A stretch of 64,000 nucleotides of DNA from contig BTVY01000002.1 of assembly GCA_045863335.1 (NCBI GenBank), positions 64,001 to 128,000 on the forward strand, read 5' to 3'. Within the stretch, counting starts at the first letter, position 1. Each line of letters begins with the position of its first letter. Shown piece after piece: positions 36,686-46,583 of this stretch. This stretch comes from Candidatus Hydrogenedentota bacterium. GTDB lineage: Bacteria; Hydrogenedentota; Hydrogenedentia; Hydrogenedentales; SLHB01. The notes below the pieces were generated by a model. It was not told where the DNA came from. It made no database searches and was given only the letters and a program-made list of their open reading frames with translations. The translations under genes and the position numbers were made by a program.

Positions 36686-37870
36686 ATGAGTACGCCACAT
36701 ATTGGTTTAATTCGAGACCGGTATCGCAATGCGCTCCTGGATGACGTCTTGCCGTTTTGGATGCGGCACATCCGCGACGACGAGATGGGCGGGTATCTCC
36801 ACCACATCGACGCGGACGGGACGGTGGTGTCGACGGACAAGTGCTTCTGGATGATCGGACGCGCGGTGTGGATGTATTCGAAGGCGTACAACGACATCGA
36901 GCCGCGGCCGGAATGGCTGGAGTTCGCGCGGCTCGGGTATGAGTTCATCCTGAAGCACGGCTTCGATTCGGACGGCCGCATGTTTTACACCGTCACGCGC
37001 GACGGGCGGCCCTTGCGGAAGCGGCGCTACCTCTTCACGGAAACCTTCGGGGTTATCGCGCTGTCGGAATACGGCAAGGCGACCCGCGACGCGGCCGCTA
37101 TTGACCGGGCGCGGGCGCTTTACCGCAAGGTGATCGAACTGAACGACGCGCCGGACGCCTCCATGCCGCCGAAGTTCTACCCGACTCGGCCCATGAAGTC
37201 CCACGCCATGCCCATGATCATCATTGCGATGACGCAGGTGTTGCGACGGAACGGCGATGCTCCCTTCTACGAGGCTACGATTGATCGCTGTATCGACGAG
37301 GTATTGAATCACTTCCTGCACCACGAGAAGCGGGCTCTGTTTGAGACCGTGGGACCGAATGGCGAATTGTTGCTGGACATCCCGGAAGGGCGTTGCATCA
37401 ATCCCGGTCATGCTTTGGAAACGGCGTGGTTTCTTCTGGAAGAAGCGCGCCATCGCAAGGACGACGCACTCATCGCGAAGGCCCTCCCGATCATCGACTA
37501 CTCCATGAACCTCGGCTGGGATGACGAATACGGCGGCATCCTCTACTTCGTCGATATCGACGGAAAGCCGCCAGAACCCTACGAACACGACATGAAACTC
37601 TGGTGGGTCCACTGCGAAGCCTTGTACGCAAACCTCCTCGCCTACCACCTCACAGGCGAGCAGCGCTACTGGGACAACTTCGCGAAGATCGACGAATACG
37701 CTTTCGCCCATTTCCCCGACCCCCAGCACGGCGAATGGTTCGGCTACCTTCATCGGGACGGATCCCTCGCCAATACGATTAAAGGGAGCAAATGGAAAGC
37801 GCCGTTCCATCTCCCGCGTATGCTGCTAAACGTCTGGCGGCTGACGGAGGAGATGTTGGACAGGTTGTAG
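36686..37870 (+). CDS. N-acylglucosamine 2-epimerase (AGE family)
   Basis: VLPFW, INPGHALETAWF, GWDDEYGG, KLWWVHCE, GEWFGYL, KAPFH.PR. Confidence 0.92.
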   Translation: MSTPHIGLIRDRYRNALLDDVLPFWMRHIRDDEMGGYLHHIDADGTVVSTDKCFWMIGRAVWMYSKAYNDIEPRPEWLEFARLGYEFILKHGFDSDGRMFYTVTRDGRPLRKRRYLFTETFGVIALSEYGKATRDAAAIDRARALYRKVIELNDAPDASMPPKFYPTRPMKSHAMPMIIIAMTQVLRRNGDAPFYEATIDRCIDEVLNHFLHHEKRALFETVGPNGELLLDIPEGRCINPGHALETAWFLLEEARHRKDDALIAKALPIIDYSMNLGWDDEYGGILYFVDIDGKPPEPYEHDMKLWWVHCEALYANLLAYHLTGEQRYWDNFAKIDEYAFAHFPDPQHGEWFGYLHRDGSLANTIKGSKWKAPFHLPRMLLNVWRLTEEMLDRL

Positions 37871-38005
37871 CGTCCGAGCACGGCCCCGTCTTCACAGGCA
37901 AAGTGGACATTGGCAAAGTCAGCCGGTGAATTCACCCGAATTGAATTGACTCGCGCTTCTCTCCGCAAATCTGACTAAATAGTCATATGTGGTAAAATAC
38001 GAGAC

Positions 38006-38464
38006 ATGAGGCTTAGAGTCTACACAGACACGTCGGTTTTGGGCGGTTGTGAGGACGAAGAATTCGCGGCGCACTCTGTCCGCCTTCTGGAAGGTTTCGT
38101 CCTCGGTGAACGAACTCTCGTCCTCTCCGACCTAACACTACAGGAGTTGGCGAACGCGCCTACCGAGGTCCGCGATAGGCTTGCTTTGGTTCCGGAAGTC
38201 TACATCGAGACAATCCGACTCGGAGCGGAGGCGGGTGAACTTGCCGATGAGTACATCTCCTCGGGCGTGCTACCCGCGAGACTGCGGGCCGATGCCCAAC
38301 ACATTGCTATGGCAACTGTGGCCCGGGTGGATGTGCTCGTAAGTTGGAACTTCAAACATATCGTCAATCTACAGCGTATCCGCGGCTACAACTCGGTCAA
38401 TCTGCGTCTGGGTTACCCTTTGATCGAGATTCGGACTCCACGGGAGGTCTTTAATGATGAGTAA
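38006..38464 (+). CDS. PIN-domain toxin
   Basis: VYTDTSV.GG..D.EF, DAQHIA.A, VSWNFKHIVN. Confidence 0.88.
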   Translation: MRLRVYTDTSVLGGCEDEEFAAHSVRLLEGFVLGERTLVLSDLTLQELANAPTEVRDRLALVPEVYIETIRLGAEAGELADEYISSGVLPARLRADAQHIAMATVARVDVLVSWNFKHIVNLQRIRGYNSVNLRLGYPLIEIRTPREVFNDE

Positions 38465-38660
38465 GCCGGCGAAGAAGTTCGACTCTGTCGCGATGATGCG
38501 CGCGGCGCGCGATAAGCTTTCCGCAACCATCGAGAAAATGTCAATAGAAGAAGAGTTGGAGTGGCTTGCCTCGCAGGATATCCAGGATCCGTTCTTGAAA
38601 CGCCTTCGAGATCGTTCCAATGCGCCAAGGGATAATACGAACAAGTCTACGGCGCGGTAG
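38457..38660 (+). CDS. putative antitoxin of the PIN toxin
   Basis: Overlaps the toxin end; KKFDSVAMMR..RDKLS motif. Confidence 0.7.
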   Translation: MSKPAKKFDSVAMMRAARDKLSATIEKMSIEEELEWLASQDIQDPFLKRLRDRSNAPRDNTNKSTAR

Positions 38661-38673
38661 GCGGCTAGTAACT

Positions 38674-39201
38674 GTGGAACTAATCGAGGCAAAGGCAAGA
38701 TATCAACTAGGGATCCTGGACAGCGACGCTATTTGTGCCCTCGCCCGCCAATGGATTGACCAGGACATCGTGTCAAATTCCCTCGCTGAGTTGTCCACGG
38801 TCAGTCGGCCGATCATGTCGGAAGTCGGTCCGTTGTTTGAATCTGCAATGGAAGAACTGGGGGTCGTTAGCCTATCGCGAATTGGGACAGTACGTCTCAT
38901 CGTTCGAAGCACGCTTTCTCGGATGGTGGCCGGAGATCTGGACATCCTGGATGGAGCGGAGTTCCTATATCGTTTGCACCTGGCTCTGGGCGAGGAATTT
39001 CCGAATCAAGAGTATGTCGGGGACGCGCTCGGACTTGAATTTATTTTTTCCTGGCTGCGAGAAATCTGGGACTATCGAGATGGTTCTCCTATTGGGCACT
39101 CGGTAGACCACCCTAGCTCTGAGATTGAGCAGACGCTAAGGCAACACCTACTTGATGAGTCCAATGCATGGTTAGATCGCTTTCAGGAACCGACATGTTA
39201 A
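38674..39201 (+). CDS. hypothetical protein
   Basis: Acidic helical ORF following the TA pair; start uncertain. Confidence 0.55.
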   Translation: MELIEAKARYQLGILDSDAICALARQWIDQDIVSNSLAELSTVSRPIMSEVGPLFESAMEELGVVSLSRIGTVRLIVRSTLSRMVAGDLDILDGAEFLYRLHLALGEEFPNQEYVGDALGLEFIFSWLREIWDYRDGSPIGHSVDHPSSEIEQTLRQHLLDESNAWLDRFQEPTC

Positions 39202-39311
39202 AGCTACGTTCCCGGACGCATGGCGTATCTGGATTATTCCCATCACTGACATGAACGATGGATTCCGATCGAGGAACTGTCCATCCAGAAGAGATGCCCT
39301 TGGCCATGACT

Positions 39312-40040
39312 ATGATCTCCTTCATCATCCCCGCGCATAACGAGGGGCAACTCCTCGGGCGCACGTTGGACGCGATTGATGCGGCGGCGCGGTCGCTTGC
39401 CGAATCGTACGAAGTTGTCGTCGTGGATGATGCGTCGACGGATCGCACGACTGCGATCGCAGAGGAACATGGGGCGCGAGTGATCCGGGTTGAGCATCGT
39501 CAGATTGCGGCGACGCGGAATGCGGGGGCGCGGGCATCGACAGGCGATATGCTCATCTTTGTCGATGCGGATACGGTGGTCACTGAGGCGGTAGTTGGCG
39601 CTGCAGTGAATGCGATGCGTGGCGGGGCGGTTGGCGGCGGGTGTTCGGTACGTTTTGACGGGCCTTTACCGCTATACGGCCGTATCATGGCGGCCATCGT
39701 AATCCCCCTGTATCGCGCGGCGCGACTCGCGGCCGGGTGCTTTGTGTTCTGTACCCGTGATGCTTTCGATGGCGTAGGCGGTTTCGATGAACGACTTTAT
39801 GCAGCGGAGGAAGCGGTCATGAGCCGGGCGTTGCGCCGCCATGGACGGCTTGTCGTGCTGCGCGAGACGGTGACCACATCCGGCCGAAAGTTGCGGGCGC
39901 ATTCCGCGCGCGAGATCCTGGGGCTTCTGGTACGATTGGCCGCGAGCGGACCGAAGGCCATACAGCGGCGTGAAGGATTGGATGTCTGGTATGGCGAGCG
40001 GCGAGAAGATCATCACCATACCGGACGGGATGATTCGTGA
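39312..40040 (+). CDS. glycosyltransferase family 2
   Basis: ISFIIPAHNE, VVDDASTDRT, RNAGA, FVDADT. Confidence 0.9.
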   Translation: MISFIIPAHNEGQLLGRTLDAIDAAARSLAESYEVVVVDDASTDRTTAIAEEHGARVIRVEHRQIAATRNAGARASTGDMLIFVDADTVVTEAVVGAAVNAMRGGAVGGGCSVRFDGPLPLYGRIMAAIVIPLYRAARLAAGCFVFCTRDAFDGVGGFDERLYAAEEAVMSRALRRHGRLVVLRETVTTSGRKLRAHSAREILGLLVRLAASGPKAIQRREGLDVWYGERREDHHHTGRDDS

Positions 40041-40099
40041 TTGACACGCACCGGTTCTCAACGTGGTACGATAAGACTGAAAGAAACGGGAGACGGCAA

Positions 40100-40288
40100 A
40101 TGGACAGAAGCACGAAAATGCTCTTGATCGTGGCCCTTGTCGGCCTTCTGGTGGTCATCGGCGCGGTGATGTACGTGTGGAAGGACGCAACCGGCGAAAC
40201 GGATTACGATCGACAGTACCAGGAGAACCTGCAGAAGAACAAAGCCTATTTTGATCAGATGCAACCGGATGCGCAAACTTCAGAGTAG
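40100..40288 (+). CDS. small single-pass membrane protein
   Basis: GGGAG RBS; one TM helix. Confidence 0.55.
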   Translation: MDRSTKMLLIVALVGLLVVIGAVMYVWKDATGETDYDRQYQENLQKNKAYFDQMQPDAQTSE

Positions 40289-40302
40289 GCGAAGCACTAT
40301 CG

Positions 40303-40752
40303 ATGGGTCCAACAACCACCAACGCGATTCCCACCGTCGAGCCGACTGGCCGTTGGGGTGCGTTGAAGTATTTGAAGAACAATCTATCCCGCGCCCATGC
40401 GATCGTGTTCGTCGTCTTGTTCATTGTCTTCACGCTATTGACGTACCGGATCACGAATGCGGGATTGGATGATGGGCCCGAACACAACTACCGGGTATAC
40501 CTAACGACCTTGGGTACGATCGCTGGACCGCTTACCGGGGCAATCTCCCGCGGATTTCAGGGGTGTTGTCTCCGGTTCTCCCTGCTGGTGATGGCGTACT
40601 GCGCGCCGGTACTTCTCGTTAGCGCCGGGCTTCAGTTTATTCGCACGCCGGATTGGCGTTGGCTGCGGGTCGCGAAATTGGTGTTCTGGACGCTCGGGTG
40701 GGTCGTCTGGTTTGGCGGTGGCATCCTCTCCTTCGGCCACGCGCTTTCGTAG
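40303..40752 (+). CDS. hypothetical membrane protein
   Basis: 3-4 hydrophobic segments. Confidence 0.6.
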   Translation: MGPTTTNAIPTVEPTGRWGALKYLKNNLSRAHAIVFVVLFIVFTLLTYRITNAGLDDGPEHNYRVYLTTLGTIAGPLTGAISRGFQGCCLRFSLLVMAYCAPVLLVSAGLQFIRTPDWRWLRVAKLVFWTLGWVVWFGGGILSFGHALS

Positions 40753-40834
40753 CGCTCCGACAGTCGCGCACCGGGCGCGCGTCTGTGCGCATGCGCCGCC
40801 GATAGGACAAGCAAGCAATCGCAGGAGATGTGCA

Positions 40835-41587
40835 TTGGATAATGAGAAGGTACTTGTAATCACCGGCGCCAGCCGGGGCATTGGGGCTGCAACGGCCCTT
40901 CTTGCGGCGGAGCGGGGATACGCCGTGTGCGTCAACTACGCGAAACGACGTGACGCGGCGGAATCGGTTGTATCGCGGATCATTGCGAACGGAGGCCAAG
41001 CCCTCGCGGTCAGCGCGGATGTGTCGGTGGAGTCGGAGGTGGTCGCGCTCTTCAAGACGGTTGATAAGCATTGGGGCTCCGTATCGGCGTTGGTTAACAA
41101 TGCGGGCATCCTGGAAACCCAGATGCGCGTCGAGACTATGGACGCGGCCCGGCTCACGCGGATCCTCGCAACAAACGTTACGGGGAGTTTTCTGTGCGCG
41201 CGGGAGGCCATCCGGCGCATGTCGACGCGAAACGGCGGGAAAGGCGGGGCCATCGTCAACGTGTCCTCCGCGGCTTCACGTCTTGGCTCCGCGGGCGAAT
41301 ACGTCGATTATGCGGCGTCCAAAGGTGCGATGGATTCATTCACCATTGGTCTCTCTCAGGAAGTGGCCGCGGAAGGGATCCGCGTCAATGCGGTCCGGCC
41401 CGCGTTCATCTACACGGATATCCATGCCAGCGGCGGCGAACCAGGTCGCGTGGACCGCATCAAAAGCGCGATTCCCATGAAGCGTGGCGGTCAACCGGAG
41501 GAGGTCGCAGCGGCTATCCTGTGGTTGTTATCCGATGAGGCGTCGTACGTGACCGGCAGTTTTGTCGATCTCGCCGGTGGAAAATGA
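40835..41587 (+). CDS. SDR family oxidoreductase
   Basis: TGASRGIG, NNAG, YAASK. TTG start after AGGAG. Confidence 0.92.
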   Translation: MDNEKVLVITGASRGIGAATALLAAERGYAVCVNYAKRRDAAESVVSRIIANGGQALAVSADVSVESEVVALFKTVDKHWGSVSALVNNAGILETQMRVETMDAARLTRILATNVTGSFLCAREAIRRMSTRNGGKGGAIVNVSSAASRLGSAGEYVDYAASKGAMDSFTIGLSQEVAAEGIRVNAVRPAFIYTDIHASGGEPGRVDRIKSAIPMKRGGQPEEVAAAILWLLSDEASYVTGSFVDLAGGK

Positions 41588-41615
41588 GGGGTGGCCGGAT
41601 GGCGAGCCCTGGCGA

Positions 41616-42251
41616 TCATGATGTTTTCTGCGATCGTTTCGTGGCCCGCGCGTAGATATTCATGCCAAACTCGAAGGAGCCAACTTTCACAGCGTCGCGG
41701 GAAAAACCGGCTTCTTCCAGTAATGCGCGTACGTCTCGCGGCGTCAGTAGCGTTTTGTGTTCTTCGATTTCTTCCGGGCTGACCAAACGCAGCCTCGCCA
41801 TGCCTCGCAGGATGGGATCCACCCATCGAGCCGGCGTGGTCAGAATGAGCACGCCTCCGTCTTCGAGCAATGTGGCGGCGTCTCTCAGGACGGAAACGAG
41901 GTCCGCTTCCGAGAGATGCTCAGCAACAGCCAGCATCGTGATCGCCGAGAACGAGCCTGCCGGATAACGCGACAGCGCCGCAGTGGCGATTTGCTGGCCG
42001 ACCGCTTCGATGCCGTGATCCTGCGCCAATTGGCGGATGGCTTCGCCGGTCAAAGCGGGGTCCAGGGCGCACTTCTGGCCAAAGGGCGTAGCGAGAAGGA
42101 AACCCGGCCACGATCCGCATCCGATGTCCAGGATGCGTCCGGCGCGAAGTTCAGGACGAATCAGCTTGTTCGCGATGCGATACCGCTGGCGCGCCAGGAA
42201 TGGTTCCATCAAACCCGTTCCGCGCGTCGCCCGGCGCTGCGATGTTTTCAT
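41616..42251 (-). CDS. class I SAM-dependent methyltransferase
   Basis: ILDIGCG, AVAEHL, GGVLILTTP. Confidence 0.85.
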   Translation of the reverse strand: MKTSQRRATRGTGLMEPFLARQRYRIANKLIRPELRAGRILDIGCGSWPGFLLATPFGQKCALDPALTGEAIRQLAQDHGIEAVGQQIATAALSRYPAGSFSAITMLAVAEHLSEADLVSVLRDAATLLEDGGVLILTTPARWVDPILRGMARLRLVSPEEIEEHKTLLTPRDVRALLEEAGFSRDAVKVGSFEFGMNIYARATKRSQKTS

Positions 42252-42468
42252 GCTTGTAACCTATATTGGATGACTTACGGGAATCGGCAGTTCCTATCGG
42301 GCGGAGAGAGTCTATCATGTCATCGCGCTTTCTGTCCTTCCATTCAGGCGGCCGGAGATCCAAGCGTAATACCCTGGGCCGAAGGGTGTGCAAATGGAGC
42401 TGAATCCTGTAGAGTAATCCCGCAGCAGGGGTTGGGCGACGGGGCGCCATTGCGGGAGGAGTTCTGCC

Positions 42469-43167
42469 TTGTTCTACATTGTCTTTATCGTACTCCCTAT
42501 CGTACTCGTACTTGGGATCGCCGTGGTGGGACGGCTCGAGAAGCGGCTCGTGTGGCCGTACGGGCCGATGCAGGAGCGTCCGCCCTATCCGGACGCGTCG
42601 GGGTACAGCATCCGCTGGGTCCGCGAAGCGTTGCAGTTGGGCTTCGTCTTTCTCGGTTGGGCGCCGGATGCGAAAGGCGAGAAGTACAAGCTCACGTACG
42701 GACTCCTGGTATCACCGGAGCGAGACTGCTTCGTCATTGTGGGCGTGGGCACGATTATGGGGATTTCCATGCGAGGGACTTGGATCTACTCGGTCGATCG
42801 GGATGGCCGGGCGATCTATACGACCGACAACCAGTCCGCCATTGAAGTCGATGTGACTCGCCTTTGGAAGAGTCGGTTGGTGCGGGCCAAGTCGTTTACC
42901 GATCTGCTGCAACGCCATCGGGAGATGCTGCGCTTTTCCGGCTTCGACGCCTATCGATTCACGCCGGGCCAGGAAATCGCCGAATTCCATCGCGCGCGTC
43001 AGGCGCACTACGAGTACCTGGCGAAACGCGGTCTCATCGCCTACACCGACGACACCGCGACGTGCTGGCAGTACACCATGTGGGGCGCGCTAAAGTTTGC
43101 CGCGTTGAATTACACCATCGGCATGGTGCGCGCCGTGACGTTTGGGCGCGTGCTCCGGTTGGCGTGA
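42469..43167 (+). CDS. hypothetical membrane-anchored protein
   Basis: GGAGGAG RBS, TTG start, N-terminal TM. Confidence 0.6.
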   Translation: MFYIVFIVLPIVLVLGIAVVGRLEKRLVWPYGPMQERPPYPDASGYSIRWVREALQLGFVFLGWAPDAKGEKYKLTYGLLVSPERDCFVIVGVGTIMGISMRGTWIYSVDRDGRAIYTTDNQSAIEVDVTRLWKSRLVRAKSFTDLLQRHREMLRFSGFDAYRFTPGQEIAEFHRARQAHYEYLAKRGLIAYTDDTATCWQYTMWGALKFAALNYTIGMVRAVTFGRVLRLA

Positions 43168-43261
43168 TGGAGGCGACACTCCCGGCTGCTTGAATTCAGA
43201 CTGGGCACCGCCCGTACCTGTCTTTGGTTGTATTTGCGCAGAATCGATGAAGGGGTTGACC

Positions 43262-43543
43262 GTGGTGATTGCTAAACTGATCTGGCCGCAAGACCGTGTC
43301 GATCATATTGCGCGTCATGGCGTTCGGCCTCATGAAGTGGAAGAAATTTGCTTCGGAAAACCACTTATTTTGCGTGGACAGTCCAAGGGGAAGAATCCGG
43401 TCTACTACATTTTAGGCCGCACCACGGCCGGGCGATATCTATTCTGCGTTGTGATACAATTCCCTCAGGGCAAAGGTTACCCGGTGACCGCCAGACCAAT
43501 GACCGAAGCCGAGAAACGTCGATTCAGACAGAGAAAACAATGA
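43262..43543 (+). CDS. BrnT-family toxin
   Basis: W....HIARHGV...EVEE, GRT..GRYL..V, VTARPM...EKR. Confidence 0.85.
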   Translation: MVIAKLIWPQDRVDHIARHGVRPHEVEEICFGKPLILRGQSKGKNPVYYILGRTTAGRYLFCVVIQFPQGKGYPVTARPMTEAEKRRFRQRKQ

Positions 43544-43791
43544 CACGAATTCCAAAAACTGATTCCGTGGATGAGTTGGCGCAGTTTTGGGACACGCATG
43601 ATATTACGGAGTTCGAGGATGAACTTCGAGTAGTGTCAGAGCCCCTTTTCGTTCGCAAGGATTCAATCGTGGTACAAATCGCGCTGGACCACAAGGAAGC
43701 GGACGCATTGCACCGGCTTGCGCAGAGCAGGGGAGTCGATGATGCCGATCTTCTCAAGGAATGGGTCAGCGAGAAACTGGAAACTTCCTGA
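43540..43791 (+). CDS. CopG/BrnA-like antitoxin
   Basis: ATGA overlap with the toxin; IPKTDS..ELAQFWDTHD, C-terminal RHH-like region. Confidence 0.82.
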   Translation: MTRIPKTDSVDELAQFWDTHDITEFEDELRVVSEPLFVRKDSIVVQIALDHKEADALHRLAQSRGVDDADLLKEWVSEKLETS

Positions 43792-43846
43792 AGACGCACG
43801 ATCGATGTATCGACGCCGTCCACTATTTCAGCGCTTCTTTTGAGCC

Positions 43847-44029
43847 ATGTATACAATGCAGCAGCTTGTAGAAGCGATCGAATCGCTACCGGAGGATGCG
43901 AACGACGCTGACGCCGTGGAGCGGCTCTACCTGATCTTCAAGATCGAAAAGGGAATCGAGCAGGCAGAGGCGGGCGCGCTGATCGGCCAGGAAGAGGCGC
44001 GCCAGCGAATGGCGAAATGGCTCGGGTAA
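43847..44029 (+). CDS. small antitoxin of RelE/ParE-type TA pair
   Basis: IESLPED...ERLY...KIEKG..Q.E.G....EEAR.RM.KWL. Confidence 0.65.
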   Translation: MYTMQQLVEAIESLPEDANDADAVERLYLIFKIEKGIEQAEAGALIGQEEARQRMAKWLG

Positions 44030-44069
44030 GATGGACATCGCAAGCGCTGAATGATCTGGTGTGTGTCCC
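44017..44069 (+). pseudogene. truncated RelE/ParE toxin
   Basis: MARVRWTSQALNDL is a ParE/RelE-type N-terminus; it runs into the convergent gene after ~15 codons. Confidence 0.6.
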
Positions 44070-45350
44070 TTACACAATCTCCTCCGCGTTCCGATCCCAG
44101 CGTGCTTCGCGTTTTTGCCGGTATGCCTCGACGCTCATGAGAAGCGTGACGACTTCGATGAAGGCCTCGTCGATGTTGCACTTGGGCTGCTCGCCCGTCC
44201 GGACGCAACGGAGGAAGTCTTGCATGTGCGTGGGCCATTCGGGGGCAGTCGTCGGGTCGAACCGTTCGACTGGCTCGGTCGTGCCGCCCTGGAAAGGAAA
44301 GGCGGGCTTGTCGTCGAAGATGCTGTAGGTTGAGGCGTCCTGCCCGATCCCGTTGAATACGAGGCGGCCTTCCTTGCCGACGTATTCCGGCGCCTGACAG
44401 CGGCCGGAGTTCATGCAGCCCTCGAACATGACGGTGCAATTCTGCTCCTCGAAAGTGTAGGTCGCCATCCAGTTGTCCGGCACTTCGCGGTCGTCCTTGT
44501 AGTAGGTGAGTTGGCCGGTGCAGGTGCAGGAGTCCGGGATGCCCCAGCCGAGCACGCATTGGACGTGGTCCAGTTCGTGGGAAAGCAGGTCGCCTGCCTG
44601 GCCGGTGCCGTAGGGCCAGTAGCAGCGCCAATGCCAGAAGTGGCGCTCGTTGAAATCGATCTTGGGGCAATTCCCCAGCCACGCCTCCCAGTCAAGCTGT
44701 TTGATAACCTCAGCGGGATCGGGACGATCCCACCAGGTGTAGTTGCCGTACCAGCGCCACGGCGCACGCTCGAGCGTGCCGTTGAAATAGCGGCCGGTCT
44801 TGACGACCGTGACCGGACCGAGGCGCCCTTGCCGGATCAGATCGCCGGCCACGGCGGTAGCGGGATGCTGGCGCCCCTGATGGCCGAGCTGGAAGACGGT
44901 GTCTTGTTTGCGGATGACGTCGCGCATGCGTTTCGCCGATTCCACCGAAACAGTCAGCCCTTTCTCGCAATAGACGGCCTTACCCGCGTTCGCCGCGTCG
45001 ATCACCATCTGCTCGTGCCAGTGGTCCGGCGTGGCGATGATGACCGCCTCCACATCAGGGTCGGCGATGAGATCGTGGTAGTTGGTGTAGCGTTTGGCAT
45101 CGGGATTCAGCCCAGCGTCGAATCCTCGCTGCAGATGGGGCTCGTACACATCGCAGACCGCGACGACCTTCGCTTCCGGAATACGGCCCGTATGCTGCGC
45201 CAAATCCCAGCCTCGCGTGCCGCAGCCGATATGTCCCACGCGCACCGGGTCGTCGGTAGGTTCCGCGCCGCGAAGTATCGCGGGCGCGAGGAGCGTAGCT
45301 GCGCCGGCAGCGAGGACGGTTCTGCGGGTCATTCGATTTGGTTCAGTCAT
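44070..45350 (-). CDS. Gfo/Idh/MocA oxidoreductase, Tat signal
   Basis: TRRTVL, GHIGCG, ATPDHWH, YCEKG. Confidence 0.9.
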   Translation of the reverse strand: MTEPNRMTRRTVLAAGAATLLAPAILRGAEPTDDPVRVGHIGCGTRGWDLAQHTGRIPEAKVVAVCDVYEPHLQRGFDAGLNPDAKRYTNYHDLIADPDVEAVIIATPDHWHEQMVIDAANAGKAVYCEKGLTVSVESAKRMRDVIRKQDTVFQLGHQGRQHPATAVAGDLIRQGRLGPVTVVKTGRYFNGTLERAPWRWYGNYTWWDRPDPAEVIKQLDWEAWLGNCPKIDFNERHFWHWRCYWPYGTGQAGDLLSHELDHVQCVLGWGIPDSCTCTGQLTYYKDDREVPDNWMATYTFEEQNCTVMFEGCMNSGRCQAPEYVGKEGRLVFNGIGQDASTYSIFDDKPAFPFQGGTTEPVERFDPTTAPEWPTHMQDFLRCVRTGEQPKCNIDEAFIEVVTLLMSVEAYRQKREARWDRNAEEIV

Positions 45351-45382
45351 CGTTCGTTGCTCCATTGCGGGGTTGAGGCAAA

Positions 45383-45808
45383 CTACCACGTGGTCGATCC
45401 AGTATCCGAGAGCACGTCGATTCGGCTTTCCCCGGTGTCGAGTATCAATGTGGAGAAGGTCCATTGCCCGGCGGATTTCTGGGCCTCCAGGTAGAGGGTT
45501 CCGGAATCGTTCGGACCGGATAAGGGCACGGAGAGGCTGGCCTCGCCGGAACCGTTGTTCACGCTGACGTTGCCGGTCACGAGCAGGCCCTCTTCAATGG
45601 GTGTGCCAAGGGCGGCTTGCACGGCGGGACTCGCCTTGGCTTGCGCCACGCCTTGCACGTAGGCTTCGGAGGATTTCATCAGGCTGAAGGCAGCGACAAG
45701 GATGAGGGCGATGAAACCAACGGCCACGGCGAGCATCCCGAGGCACCCGGCGGGGACGACCCAGAACCAGTTGCGTCCAAGCCAGCTCTTTCGTGGTTGC
45801 CCGGCCAT
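45383..45808 (-). CDS. Coa1-family (cytochrome c oxidase assembly factor 1-like) protein
   Basis: W..RNW.WVVP.GC, MKSS.AY, LG.PIEEG, G.A.L..P.SGP...GTLY.EA.K..G.W. Confidence 0.7.
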   Translation of the reverse strand: MAGQPRKSWLGRNWFWVVPAGCLGMLAVAVGFIALILVAAFSLMKSSEAYVQGVAQAKASPAVQAALGTPIEEGLLVTGNVSVNNGSGEASLSVPLSGPNDSGTLYLEAQKSAGQWTFSTLILDTGESRIDVLSDTGSTTW

Positions 45809-45876
45809 ATTGATCCTCTCGTTGAACGAACTGGAGGTCGCCGTGAACGTGCGCAGTGCCACGCGCGGGGTTTAAG

Positions 45877-46035
45877 AACATCCCCCTTAGTCCCCCTTCA
45901 AAGGGGGAATGGGCTATAGAAATCGCTTGAACGAGGCAAAGGCAATGACGCGAGAGTCAAGCGCCATCGATCTTCATTCTCGTAACGCTTTGCGTTGCAA
46001 GACTTCCCCTTTGAAGAGGGATCAAGGGGGATGTA
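45877..46035. repeat. MITE/REP-like element (copy 2)
   Basis: AACATCCCCCTTAGTCCCCCTTCAAAGGGGG ... GATCAAGGGGGATGT; related to 8792-8965. Confidence 0.8.
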
Positions 46036-46096
46036 TCTTCGACGTCCCGCGATAAGCCGCTCGCCAGCCGACGAATAATTGCCTGTGATTCCCTTG

Positions 46097-46432
46097 CTAC
46101 GAACTGACCTTCTTCTTGGTCGATGCCTTGGATTTGGTCTTGGCCTTTGCCTTGCTCTTCGTCTTGGCTTTTGGCTTTGACTTCGCTTTGGCCTTCGCCT
46201 TAGCCTTCTTTTTATCGGGAACGACAGAGACCTTGGAATAGAAGTGCTTGCTGGCTTCGAGGACGTTGCCGAGGTTGCGCTTTACTTCGTCCGTGAGTTC
46301 AACGCCGGCTTTGTTCACCTGATCGAGAAAGGCTTCCCAATCCTTGTGCTCCCACTTGCCGCGTTGCTCCTCGACGAATTTACCGGCCATGTCAAGGAGT
46401 TGTTGAAGTCCGCTGCCTTTTTTCGTCGCCAT
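46097..46432 (-). CDS. small protein with Lys/Ala-rich histone-H1-like tail
   Basis: ~75-aa helical domain plus (KAKAKS)n tail; GGGAG RBS. Confidence 0.7.
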   Translation of the reverse strand: MATKKGSGLQQLLDMAGKFVEEQRGKWEHKDWEAFLDQVNKAGVELTDEVKRNLGNVLEASKHFYSKVSVVPDKKKAKAKAKAKSKPKAKTKSKAKAKTKSKASTKKKVSS

Positions 46433-46583
46433 AGTCGTTTCTCCCACGCCCGGGTGATTTTGATTTCGTCCTTCCACCGGCCCGGGTTCGCGCTCCCCCG
46501 AAACCCAGTGGCCTAGTACTCAAACGATACAAGAAAGCCGCCAGAAAAGCAATGGGATTTGGGATGCGACGTCGCAGTCGCAA

